From Lama glama (lineage: Eukaryota): a DNA stretch of 64,000 nucleotides. Location of the stretch: positions 60,080,001 to 60,144,000 of the forward strand of contig CM052817.1 of the NCBI GenBank assembly GCA_028534125.1, written 5' to 3'. The position numbers were made by a program, and so were the translations under genes. The notes under the pieces were generated by a model. That model saw only the letters and a program-made list of their open reading frames with translations, was not told the origin of the DNA and did not search any database. Positions 39,131 to 51,855 of this stretch are shown piece by piece (the stretch's first letter is position 1; each line of letters begins with the position of its first letter).

Positions 39131-39599
39131 TGCTTATATGTGTTTAAAAGTGAGGACAGATAACTTTACAATGGATAAATACTATTAATTTTAAAGACAG
39201 GTAGGTGGGATTCCTTGGATAGTAATTTTTGAAGATAATTTTGGGGGAGGGTAAACAAATAGTTCTTATATATGTGTCTTTTAGAATAAAATGGATATAT
39301 CTGGAAAAACACAGTCATGTTCTTAAGTTTAAAAATCTCTAAAAGTATTATGTGTTTTGCCGATTCATATAAGAAAAATTTATTGTACACAGTGACACAT
39401 TGGATATATTATCACATTATAAATTCTACCTTGTGTAATAAGTCATCTGTTTTCATGGTAAAAAATAAAGATAGGTAAGGATATCGTGTACCTATATTTT
39501 CAATTCATCTCTCTCTTTTGAGGTTCATACATTTGTGTACAACCTTACTGTCCATTGTGATGTGCATTTATCTTTCCCCTAAAATCTCCTCCCACTTCT

Positions 39600-40390
39600 T
39601 AACCATCTTTGGTAATTTTCTAATTTTCACCTTATTACACCATTCAGGGACTTGGGAGTCATAGTAGACCTACATCTACCCACATTCAACATCTAATTGG
39701 TCACTAAATCATATTGAATCTATCTCAAACGCAATTTTATATATTTATTTCTTTCTTTTCACTCTTCAAACTGTATTTATTTCTAAACAACAACAATAAC
39801 ATCTTCTTGGCTATTTCTTAACTTAACTTAATTGTCTAGTTTATCACTATCCTTTATCCCTTTTCCCATCATCTACACAGTTGTGATTTTTAAAAATGAT
39901 GATCCGATCATGTTACTCCTCTTTTTTAAACTTTTAATGCCATTCCCCCAATCATAAAGTCCATATTCTTTAAAATCATATCCAAAGCCCTTGAGTTCTA
40001 GCCTCAGCCCAACCATATCTCCCTTTACTACTCATAAATATCTAATGTTCAATTTCTTGTAAGTTGCTTGAAATTGCCATGATTTTTCATGCTTCCATAT
40101 TTTTGAAAATCCTGTTTCATTCTATCATAATACTGTTTGATCTGTATCACTTGTGATTTTTTTTTGATGGCTTACCATATATTTGCTAATCTACTGAATT
40201 CTTTACATGTATTATCGGAAAGCTATCGCAATTTGATGAGAAAACAGATACAGTGAAGCCACAAAATTCAATTGTGGTTTTCATGCCTGCCATTCCCATG
40301 AGACTGATATGGGGCGAGGATTTTGTTGCCTTAACCTATTGCCCAATGTGTAGTTATGCTCAGTAAATTATATTTGAATTCTTAAGTGAA
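39600..40390 (+). mobile_element. L2 (fragmented)
   Basis: CTTGGGAGTCAT, TTGGTCACTAAATC, CCGATCATGTTACTCC, TGCTCAGTAAAT. Confidence 0.6.
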
Positions 40391-41289
40391 TTAATGGTAC
40401 GGATCCTACTTTCTATTTTTTATACTAGTTAGCTGATGCAAGAGAGACTGGACATTCTATTAGTTCTATCTTTTACCTCTGCATTCAGAAAACATTTCAG
40501 AAGGAAAATGGCATCTGAGATACGTGTTAAAGGATGATGCGATGTTAACAGGTAGACACAGAATGAGAGATGGCATTCCAAACAGAAAGCTCAACTAAAT
40601 AAAAACCTTTTCATCTATGCTAACAAACAGTTAATCTTCTGATTCAATGTATTACTTGCAAATGATCTTTCCTTCAGGCTTACTAGCTATTTATTTAGTT
40701 TTAAGGATATGGGCAAGTAGTAAATACATGCAAAAATCAGAGGAAACTTTCTTGCATTAACCTGATGATATACTATCCCACTGGAATCCTTCTCCCCACT
40801 TAGAGCCACAGAGCCTCCCTGGCGGTACTCCTTCACTCTTTGTGTCCCTTCTGTCATGTGAGGCTCACATGAAGCTTATGTAAGACACATCTGACCACAC
40901 TGAATTTGTTTCTGCCTATGGACAGCTACCATTTTGCAATACATAATTGAAAAATGTTCTTTACATAAACATCTTTGAAGCCACAACTATATATCATATC
41001 TATGATTTTATATGCATTATGTCCATCATAATAATTCTACAAAGCACATTTCCTTTTTTTTTGTTTTTAATGAGGAAGTTTACGTTGCAAGAGTCTCTTT
41101 CTTACCATATATAGCTAATCACTGTGATAGGTTGGTGATTCAAAACCATTTTTTTCTGTCCTACACCAAAACCTTTGCTTTTTCAGCCAGACAACTCTGT
41201 CTCTCAGCATGAACAAAGGTTCTGATGATAGGAGTGCATGTTACGTATTCTGAGAATGATCCAGAAAGTAGACAGTTTTAACCAAATCT

Positions 41290-41471
41290 GAGATTTTCAG
41301 TGTTGTACATTAGAATCCTCTGGGGAGGTTCTAAAATTTATTTTCAGGTTTAACCGCAGTCCTCCATCGCAGACAAATCAAATCACAATCTCTGAGAGAA
41401 AGGTCCTGCATCAGAAGTTTTTTTTAAATTCCTGGATCAGCCTCATATGTAGCCAATACTGAGAGCCACTG
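41290..41471. mobile_element. MER5A-like hAT DNA transposon
   Basis: GTACATTAGAATC..TGGGGAG..AATCAAATCACAATCTCTG..; ends TGAGAGCCACTG. Confidence 0.7.
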
Positions 41472-41489
41472 CATATGTACAGGGGCACA

Positions 41490-41680
41490 GTGTTTTTCAA
41501 AAAACATGATTGTTAGAATCAGGGCTGCAAAATAGAACCCCAGCTGCCTTACTTAGTGACTCTATGACCCTAGGCTAATTATTAAATCACCAGTATTTTC
41601 CTAGAAGATAGGAATACAGTAAAATATATAAATATTTAGTATATGGTGGAGGTTTAATTAATAGCAATTCTTACTATTTA
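41490..41680 (+). mobile_element. MIR
   Basis: TTAGAATCAG..CCCAGCT..ACTTA..TGACCCTAGGCTAATTA. Confidence 0.5.
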
Positions 41681-44600
41681 AAAAGAAACAAGATAATTTT
41701 GAAAAATGATACTAAGCCCATGTTGGGAAATATCTGACTAAGTACAGGAGAGGATTATCATGAGTGTAGATGACAAAAGCAGATTACAGATTTTTTTTTA
41801 CTAAGATGCCTATGATTTTTAAAAATGTCCTATTTATACATTCTTTGCAGTATATAATCCTTGGTTTTAATTACATACAGTTTTTAATTGGTATAAGGTT
41901 ATAAATTCTCAGTTATCTCATAATGATGAGAAAGGATAAAAGAGTGTCTGGTTTTGATAATGTATGAATGATGAAAATTACGGTGTACTTTGTTTTACTA
42001 AGAATCAGATATTTTTCAGATGAATAGAATTTTAGGTGTATTAACTAGCAGCTGTGTAATACCATTCACATTCTCTCTTTTTAGACATTAGTGATCTTAA
42101 ATAATTTAGAAGCAACAAACAACAAAGAAGTTTAGCTATTTTATATATTGAGACACTTTCACATTCACTTCTCATTTGGTTCTCACAAGCCTCTAGACAG
42201 GGGAAATGAAGAACTTGTAGGTGGTTAGATGGCTTATAGGGACAGGGCTACAAAAAGAACCCTTCCGTTCTAACTCTTAATCTAATATTTTTTTTAATAA
42301 ATGACATACACACTTATTTGGAATATGTTGAAAGTCTGGAAACTAAGAATTAATGTTTTGGGCCAGATATGAGGGCAGCCCCATGAACTTGGCATGACTA
42401 GATGATAGGAATTTGGGGAGTCACTCTACTTCTTCATAGGTCTAAGCTGAAAGAGAATCAATCAAGATAGAAATTTTAAAATTCTTAAAAGATCAGAGGC
42501 AACACTTGCTCAACCAAAGTCTATATAATTCAAGACATTAATTCAGCAAACAGAAAGAGTAAGAAAACACCACTGTGCAACCTTATGTAAAACGTAAGTA
42601 ATCCTTACTAAAAACTCCCTTTGGCTTAAGGAAGTGTCAGAATCCTTGTAAATATCCCAGAAATAGTGGTGTGATGTCATCTTCAGTTTCCTTTCAGTAG
42701 GTAAACTTCTTCAGTTCTGTATAGAATGCATCTTCGACATAGTTGATATTTTAGAAAACAGTGATACATAGTCAAATGTTTTAATACTCCATTCAATTCA
42801 GATTCAAAATTTACTAAAAGTGATACTGCATTGAATTATTTATTTTACTGTAAATTGTCCAAATTTTTACTCTCTTACGTTAATTTTGTATCAGTTTAGG
42901 TGTCTACAATTTCAACTTAACGAGATTACCTAGATGCAATACTAAATTTAATTCTCTAATGTATAATATATATCTTTTTAAAGGTAAACCAGCTAAGTAC
43001 AGGTAGCTATTATACGTGGAAGTATGCATAAAGCATTGTAAGTTTGACTTAACACAATGATAGGGAAATTGATAGATAAGTTTAAATACACATATATGTA
43101 CGGCCAATTTGAAAATTATATATGATTTAAAAATAGGTATTTTAAAATTGTTAAAAATACCTGCCTTAGTCCAACAAAATTTAAACCAAAATTTAAAAAA
43201 ATTTTTTAAATTTCTAAAATGTTTTAAATTCTTGTAAATAATTCCAGTACAGAAATACATGGAACAAAATGTGACAGAAAGAGTTACATTAAATTTAGAT
43301 TGTTAGTACCTCTGGCAATGACAGAACAGGTTTAGAAGGAATACAGGGTCAGCAACCTTACTTGTAATGCTTAATTTCTTTAAAAAAAAAAAAAAGGAAA
43401 GTTAAAATGACAAAATGTTTTCATTGACAATTACAGATGCTATATACAGAAGAGTTAGTTATAGCATGTTTTAATATCCCCGAAATCTTGAGACTTAAAT
43501 TAGATTTTATCACTAGGTAATTGAACTGGATTTAATTTCTTTAATATCCTAGAGGTATCTGAACTGAACTTTAAAATAGCTTATTAATTCTAGAAGCATT
43601 CATTTCTGCATTCATTAATTTGATACCAAAAAAACCCCAAATCATTCTACTGTGATCACCTTCCAAAATAGGTTGAATTTCTTCCCTACGCATAAAACCC
43701 TAAGACATCATAAAGGTTATTTTGGGTAATACTTCCCCAAACATAACGAAACAAAAAGGGAGTGTCCGGGTCCTCAAGTTGAAGCAGTTCTACAACTGAA
43801 CCCATGTAGTGGTTCATAACATGAACACTTAAATATTTTCCCCCTCCCTTATGTTTTGTTGCTAGGGAAGTTAAGGGTGATTTGAATTAGAAACAGATGA
43901 AAAGCCAAACTAAGAACCTTATTATGAATGATTTCTTGTCATTTAGATATGACATAAGCCATGCATAAATTTTAAAAATATCATTAAAATAGTATACCAA
44001 CCAAGTATAAAATTAAGTGGAAACCTCAAAAATGTAGCAATGCCAGTAGAAAAGCTTATAAAATTAAGAAAAATTAATAGCCTTTTAAGAATTTTATATA
44101 GGCAACTTTGAAGGAAATCAAAAATGAAATATTCTTTTTTGTAATTTATAAGCAGAAGCAATATCAAGACCAAAGTGAGTGTAAAGTTTAATGGAGGATA
44201 TATTTGCTTCAATAAATAATCAAAAATAATGTTATAAGGTTATTTATGTGTCTTTATATAATCATAAGCAATTGTAATTGCTATAAGAGAAATTTTTTCC
44301 TATTTAATCTCGTGAAAGTTAATAAAATGCATGAATTGATTTTCTGTATAGCCCATATAGTCTAATAGGCACAGTGAGTGTAATGGCAAAAAGTAAAATC
44401 TAGTAACTAGAAAATTTCATGACACCAGTATAACCAGCCCACTGCAAATTCAGGTCAAAATAATCATTACAAATGAATAGATTTGGATACGTCTTATGGA
44501 AATTATCTTAAATTGACTAGATAAATGAAAATTAATATTCTTGATTTATTCTAGTAGAAAGCATAATCTTGGCTAACAGAAAGGAGGTAATTTTCAAGGG

Positions 44601-45339
44601 CCACATGGTTTAGAAGTAAAAATCCTTAGAAAGTCAAAGGGAGAAGGGTAGATAATATTAAACTTGCTTGGTCTCTCCTGGTTGCTCCTGTTTACTTATT
44701 TATTCTTCAATAAACAACTTTTGTACATGATGTGGTTATCAGATAATTCTTAGTTAATAACAACTTGATTCCACACATCTCTCATCCAAGGCAATATTAG
44801 GCAGTTATTTGAACTAAGGCTGAATTTTTAAACATTTTAAGTTCTAAGTAAGACTGTTTCCATGGGTAATTATCATGTGTTGTTCCAAGTAAAATTTACA
44901 TGACCAATTTCACATTTTAAAAAGGTATGAGATTAAAAAAATCAAATTGGTTCTGTGTTGCTGGATGTCTCACAGACTTTAATAACTTGATGTGAAATGT
45001 TAATCTTTAAGAGTGCAAGCCATAAGCAACAGTTTACAGAGTTGTATTTCTCTGAATTCTCCTGTTTTCCATATTACTTCTCAAGAGGAGCATTCCTTAG
45101 AAAATACTTTGAGAAGCATTGAACTTACTAAAGGATAACAGAAATGATTCCAAAGAAATACAGCCAGTCAGGAATTAGCTTCTGACTGTTTAAGAGTGTT
45201 TTAAGAGGCCAGATATCCCTAAGTAGACTCAAGGCCAGTGTGCAATCAAGAGGGTTACTTTAAAGAAAGAAGAGAAAGTAGTTTGTCCTTTTATCAATGT
45301 AAGCCTTGCAATTATAAACCACAGTGTATTAGGAGTTAT

Positions 45340-45520
45340 AAATTTCATGTTTATTTTCTCTGAATCTGTCAACAAGGCAATAATTTTGCCATTTTACAGA
45401 TGATGAAAGTGGAGATTAAAATATTTAAGCGACTACATAAAGGCCTTACAGATAGTAAGTGGCAAAGCTATGACTCTAATCTATGACTCTATGGGTAGGA
45501 AACATGGATTTTTCCTATCA
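45340..45520 (-). mobile_element. MIR
   Basis: CCATTTTACAGATGATGAAAGTGGAG..ACAGATAGTAAGTGGCAAAGC. Confidence 0.7.
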
Positions 45521-46592
45521 TACTTTTTCTGTGTACCTAAAGTATTTACAGAGATGGTTAAGACATTGGAGCTGTATAAAATACAATTCAGTGACAGTAA
45601 AGAATGTAAGAAAATACAGCATAAAAACACAGCCTTAGATTCTGAAAACATTATTTGAGAAAGATAAAACATAAAGAATTAAAAGTAATTTCACTAAATG
45701 TAATCTAAGCTAAGAAAGGTGTAGAGTCCTTGATTGCTATAAAAATTCTGAAGTTAGTGAATCATTAATAATAGGTAATTTGTAGAATCTGAAATATATT
45801 CTCACAGGGTAGGTTGAACATCAATAGAAGGACATTAATAATGGTAAAGTAGGAAGATTTTTAGCCCATAAAAAGTAAAACAAGGTAGGCATGGAATGGA
45901 GTGGTTTCCCTAATGCAGAGTCTATGTGAAGGGAATACTGAGGAAGGTAACGATTAGGTGGAAAAATAACTTGGAGCAGGTTAAATCAATTTCCCTTTAC
46001 CCTCTATGAATCATGTAAGTTTGAATTCTTAAGAGAATGTCTGTTAACAGAGAAAAAAATGAGAAAACAAAAGAAATCATCTTTTGCTAATTGACACAAT
46101 GATTAAAATTAGGAACTATGAGTATTTCATTAAAGAGTTTTTAATAATATATGAAAAAACAACAGCAGTGTGGCCTTTCATATTGCTAAAGAATATAAAC
46201 TTTGAGAGCACAAATGTTTTCTCTTTTACTGTCAATCCATAGCTCCCACCACAGTGACTAGATCATAGTACTGCTTGACTTATGGCTCTGAGAGGCAAAT
46301 TTGGCCATCTGTAGTCACACACAGAAAAATTGGAACACAGATAGGAAGATAGTTCTGTTTGACTAGAAAATACATATTCTTTTTTTTTTCACCAAATGCA
46401 TGCTTTGTATTTATTAGAATTAATCATCTAAAAGTTTGGTAGAATGTACTGACATAATAGTACAATAAACATCTTACATCTGCATGAATTATAATTAATT
46501 TTAGTGCGGACATCGTCTGAACATGATAAATTTATTGTTTGGTGAAGGGTATGAGCCTGATAGTCCCTCTAAACATTTTATTTATTTACCTT

Positions 46593-46890
46593 TGAGAAGA
46601 TTTTATGAGCCAAATTCTTGCATCTCCTCATGTCTAGAAAAGCTGTAAAATCATTAACAGTGACATCTTCTCCTTGTGAGTAGCAGCAAGCCTCTGCCTA
46701 TATGTGTGCCTGACTGCACGTACCCCGTTTCACTAAAATCATGTATGTACTGAGTTCCCCCCTGCCTCTTTGGAGCAGCAGTTCCTCAGAGCTGTCTGAG
46801 ATGCTGTCTCCTGGGCTATAGTCCTCATTTTGCCCCCCAATAAAACTTAACCCACAACTCTAACGTTGTGTGATTTTATTTCAGTCGACA
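46593..46890 (+). mobile_element. ERV1-class solo LTR (MER34/MER39-like), 298 bp, 4-bp TSD
   Basis: TG...CA ends with CCTT on both sides (46589-46592, 46891-46894); AATAAA near 46839; motif GCAGTTCCTCAGAGCTGTCTGAGATGCTGTCTCCTGGGCTATAGTCCTCA. Confidence 0.8.
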
Positions 46891-47969
46891 CCTTCCCATG
46901 AACACATCTACAACAAATCCTTGGCCCACAAAAATCTTATATAAAAAGTATGTGTCTGTGTTCCTAGGATCAGGCATTGTCCACTCCAGTACTTCAAAGG
47001 CCAGCTTTTCTACGATGACTTCAGGAACACATCAGTGACTCCCTCTAACATTGACAAATAAAAGTGAGAGGATACACTAGTGGTAGTAAAAACAGGAACT
47101 CTGTCTATGATAGCGGCTAATAACTGATGCTATGGATAATACTAATAATAAGGACTTGTTGCTTTTGTTGATAATTCATGGAAAATAAGATAAAGAGAAA
47201 CATCTCTGAGAGGTCAAAGCTAGAAAATCAAGGGTAGGCTGTGGGAACAGGAATTTTAGGAGTGTGATAGGAAGACTAAGAAAGACATAGAATGGAGACA
47301 GTTTTGTCTTCTTAGACATCAAGTAATCTTCCTTTTTTAAAAAATAGAATGCATAAGCTACTATTAAGTTCTCAAATTTGGTGAAAGTTATTAAAACATA
47401 TTCTTTTGTGTAGAATATTTGATCTCTATTATACAAAAATGTTTAAGCCTCTGTTATGAAGTAGCTATGATTTTCTTTTCTGGCGTTTGTATGTTTATTT
47501 GTTTCTTGTAGTTCTTTTGCCAAGCATTCTCTAGTACCTGAGACTCTCTTTTCTACTAAAAGTCTTCCATTTTGTGTGCTCAGCCTCATAGCAAAACTTT
47601 TATATTCTGGAAAGAATAAGCTCGTTATTAACATACATTTCTGAAGAGGAACCTTTCATTTATTTATTCAGTGACCTTCACTTAATCTTTGTAGCTGATG
47701 CCCTTTAAGAGGATGCAAAACAATTTAGGTGCTCAATGATTGAAAAAAAGAATGAAGGAATTTATATATGAATGGATGGATGTAAACAGTTTTCATAAAA
47801 GTAAATTTTATTTGTTTCATATTTCAAAACACTTAACATTAGGTTTCATATATTTCTGACCATTTTTCTTCCCTGTAAAACTTGAAAGTGTGCCATCAAT
47901 TCATTTATTCGGTCTGGATCTATATCTAAGTTGCCAAATTTGACAGTAAACTTTGGTGACAATGTCTAG

Positions 47970-48125
47970 AAATACTTCCCCAAGTTATCAGATTAACAAA
48001 TATCTAGGAGTTCTTAAATATTCAGATTCCTGAACTTCATGACAGCTTACTTAACCTGAATCTCCAACTAAGTGACCTAGGAAACTGCATCCCCCCTCAC
48101 ATAACTGGTAATTTTGGTCAAAAAC
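47970..48125. mobile_element. MER5-like hAT relic
   Basis: AAATATTCAGATTCCTG..TGAATCTCCA..CCTAGGAAACTGCAT. Confidence 0.5.
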
Positions 48126-48829
48126 TATATCTTAAATGAAGCTCACATTTATTATATTTGAACTGCTAAAATCAAAATAAGACTATCTGATTCTTGTTTC
48201 CACATCCTTTTTTATTCTGCTATCAAAGTCACTGATAGTCAGATTTTACTAATTTTGAATTAAATTTATTCAGAACTTATAATGATGTTAATATATAATT
48301 TTGTGGACTAGATTTGTAGATAGACAGATACATAGAAACAATTATCCTTAACAGATTTAGCCAACTAAATTAATAGCTTTGGTTGGATTGGGTGAGAACA
48401 TATAAAGAAAATGTTTAAGTTATTTAAAAAAAACACTTGATTTAAGTATTCTACCAGGACATTTGCACAGAATATGCTAATTATAAGTGTCTTATCTGTT
48501 CATTAAAGTAGGTTTGTCAGAACTAATGATTTAATATTTGTTTAATCATTTGTTTTAGTTTGGCTCTGAAGGAAATAAATTCACATTTGCTTATGAATAC
48601 TGTACATTTCAGGCTTTTAACTAATTAAGGATGATTACCTTCTCACCCCAACTAACTCCTAATTAATAAAGTCTTACATTATTTGTTCTTTTTTCCTTTC
48701 TTGTTTGTTTTTGGTAATAGGTAAACAACATGAACAAACATTGTTTTCCAAGATATGCTAGCCTATTGCTGGGCTCTACTTCAGTACATGTTAAAATAAG
48801 GAAAAATATTAAAGGAAGAAGCAAAACCA

Positions 48830-49030
48830 AGCCTGAATGAGCACCTACAGCAAGCCAGAGATTCTGATAAACACTTCATATGTTCTAATGTAATGCTCAT
48901 AAGACCATCTAGTTCCTTCTAAGAATAGCAAACTGAGGCTAAGAAAGATAAGCTCTTTTTCCAAGACCATGTAGGAGTTGGACAGCTGGGATTTACATTG
49001 TTTGTCTAGTTCTAAAAATCCCTTTTCTTA
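48830..49030 (-). mobile_element. MIR
   Basis: TGAGCACCTAC..AAACTGAGGCTAAGAAAG..CCAAGACCA..AGCTGGGATTT. Confidence 0.65.
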
Positions 49031-49279
49031 ATCCTATTTTAAAATATTTCTGTATTCTCAATAAACTGAACAGAGCTAAGCCCACATTTTCAATGTGTAA
49101 TCTGCAAGACATAATTATGATTTTTATCAGTCAGCATGATACCATTTTACTTTATATTCCAAGGTACTAAATGTCTTCTAGACATTTTATACATTATTAT
49201 TAATAATTCCTCTTATTTTAAATACTCTTTGGATAACTTAAGTATTAGTAAATAAATAAAATAAACAAATATATATAGA

Positions 49280-49396
49280 GGGGAGGGCATAGCTCAGTGG
49301 TGGAGTGGCCGCTTAGCATGCCCAAGGTCCTGGGTTCAATCCACAGTACCTTCATTTAAAATAAACAAACAAGCCTAACTACTCCCCCCCAAAACA
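49280..49396 (+). mobile_element. tRNA-derived SINE, camelid Vic-1-like
   Basis: GGGGAGGGCATAGCTCAGTGGTGGAG (A box), GGTTCAATCC (B box), tail AAATAAAC..CCTAACTACTCCCCCCCAAAA; degenerate TSD AAACAAATATATATA / AAACAGATAAATATA. Confidence 0.88.
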
Positions 49397-50369
49397 AAAC
49401 AGATAAATATAAAACTTACGTATTAATAAATGAGGCAAATAAAGAAGGTAAATAAAGTTTAAAACTTTAGTAATAACCAAACTTTATTTATCAACACACA
49501 TTTTTCTTTCTTATTTAAAAAAAAGTTTGTATCAACCGTAAGTTAAGAACATATTTGCAGCATAGACTTGTTATGGGCAGACCCTGGGAGATATCTTCTG
49601 CTGAATTTTCTAAGAGATCCTTCATAGATTTTCTTTTGAGTTGTATTCTTTATAATTTTATGGGTTTACACTCATTTAAAGTAGAACAAACATCTTTCTT
49701 CTTCCCAGATATACAATCTCCTTCACTTTAAAAAGGAAACAGTTACTCAATTTAAAGTAGTATGGATTGCAACAGTCCACTGTGTAGTTACGGAACATAT
49801 CATGAAGCAGTCATCTGACTCTTCTTTTGGAGAATCATTTGAGACTCTTTCTCTGGAGGAGATGATTAAACTGTCGTCATCTCCTAGTGCCACGGAAGGG
49901 ACATGAGTTCCAGTGCTATATTGTCTGACATTTAAACTTATATCTTTAGATACTGAGAAAGAGGAGGGATAGGGGAGGTAGCCAGCTTCAAAATTCTTTT
50001 ACTGTATAGGAGAGTTTTAGGACTTTTGCCCATACTTAAGTTTAACTTGCATTTTATGTAATAGGGGAAAAAAAAACAATAGAGCACATAAAATGAAGAT
50101 CATCATTTTATGTCTGCTACTTTACATCACTGTAAAAAGAAAGCAGTGGAATTTTACTCAAAGAACCCAAGTTTTCTGAATGACTTTTCAGAAAATGAGT
50201 GTATGCTTCATGGAAAACCAAAGGGATGTACTCCTAATTACTAATGGCTGGTCTGAGAGATACAAAATGACAGTGAGATTGAAAAGATAATGTACGACTC
50301 AAGAAAAATGCGGATCTAAGTGCTAGGAGACCCAGTTCCAGTACAAAGTTAAGCACTTTTTTTTTTTTA

Positions 50370-50600
50370 TAAGTCAGGAAAGCCTGTATTCAAATGCTAG
50401 CTTCACTGTTTACTAGCTTCATGACCTTGGGCAAGTTAACTTGCACAAGACTTATTTTCCTTATCTGTAAAATGAACATAACAACTGTCACCTACATGTT
50501 AACACTGATGTCACAATTAATGATATGGTGCATAAAAATAACATTGGACATGATTGGTGTATAATAAGGATGCAATAAACATTCATTATGGCTATTAATT
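50370..50600 (+). mobile_element. MIR
   Basis: TTACTAGC..TGACCTTGGGCAAGTTA..TTTCCTTATCTGTAAAATG. Confidence 0.8.
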
Positions 50601-50659
50601 CTATATGTTGTATGTATTTAAAAGGATTAAAAATAGTTAAGTATTTAAAGAATAAAAAT

Positions 50660-50815
50660 ATAAGCTTAAGTTGTTTATGGCATATATTGTGGTGATGATT
50701 TCACCAGTGTTTACTTATCTCCAGACTCATCAAGATATATATTAAAATGTAGAGCTTTTTCATGTCAATCATACCTTAATAAAGTGATTCAATATTTTTA
50801 ATAAAATAAATAAAA
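50660..50815 (+). mobile_element. Old L1 3' terminus
   Basis: ATTGTGGTGATGATTTCAC..ACTCATCAAG..TGTCAATCATACCTTAATAAAG. Confidence 0.7.
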
Positions 50816-51194
50816 ATACAGGCTCAAGAAAAAACAACAACAAGGGAACTATGAGTATTAAAAAAGGACTTAGTCCTGGAAGTTGGCTACTTTTTTCTTC
50901 TTGAATTCAAGTGGACAGAACAATGAAGTAACTTTGTCAGTTATAGTTTTCACAGTGTCCATTAGAAGAAAACAAGCCAAATTAGTTAGAAAATAGAGAG
51001 ATTTCAACTGATTTTAAAAGGGATATTGAAATATGCAGTGGATGTTAGCAAAATCTCTAGAATAAATTTAATAAGGATGTTCAACAGTTGTTTCTTAAAG
51101 CATACTTCGATGCAAGCTAGAAGCATAAAGATAATTAAGTACAGCAAGAACAATTCTAAGAAGGGCCACAGCAATACAGTCTAACTATTCATAG

Positions 51195-51575
51195 TTCTTT
51201 TTTTCTTTCCAGTTTTACTGAAGTATAATTTACAAATTAAATTATAATATATTTAAAGCACACAATGTAATGATTTGATAAACACATACATAGTGAAGGA
51301 ATTCCCACAGTCAAATTAATTAACACATCCATAACCTCACATAGTATGTTTTTTTTTTTAATTTTTCCTGAGAACAATTAAGATCTACTTTCTTAGCAAA
51401 TTTCAATTACACAATACAGTATCATCAACCATAGTCACCATGCTATACTTTAGATCCTCAGAATTTATTCATTTTATAACTGAATGTCTGTGCCCTTTTC
51501 CCAACCTCTCCCGATCTCCCTCCTCTTCCCTTCTGCCCCTGGCAACCATCATTCTCCTTTATGTTTAAATTGACT
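51195..51575 (-). mobile_element. L1MA-like 3' end
   Basis: TAATTAACACATCCATAACCTCACATAG, AGATCTACTTTCTTAGCAAATTTCAA, CCCCTGGCAACCATCATTCT. Confidence 0.85.
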
Positions 51576-51855
51576 TTCTGTCTACAATTCTATTTCTCAG
51601 ATCTGTAAGCATATTAATGCTTATTTTTAAAAAATGGGAAGGGCATAATATGAAGTGTCAGAAAGGAATAGTTTTAGGTACCAGCTTGTTGCTTAGTCTG
51701 TTGGTACTCTGGTGACATGCTACTACAGGGCACTTTATCTCTTAGACACTTACTCCAATTACTTCCAGGTGATTGATAATTGCCGCTGAGCAAAACACAG
51801 CACATGTTAACTTCTGAAGGAGCAGCCATCACAAAATGGAAAACCTGTGCTTTTA

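Noticed and set aside
49280..49352. Apparent tRNA gene (also 7021-7094)
   Set aside because: Stems are degenerate and it is followed by a SINE tail and TSD, so it is a tRNA-derived SINE.
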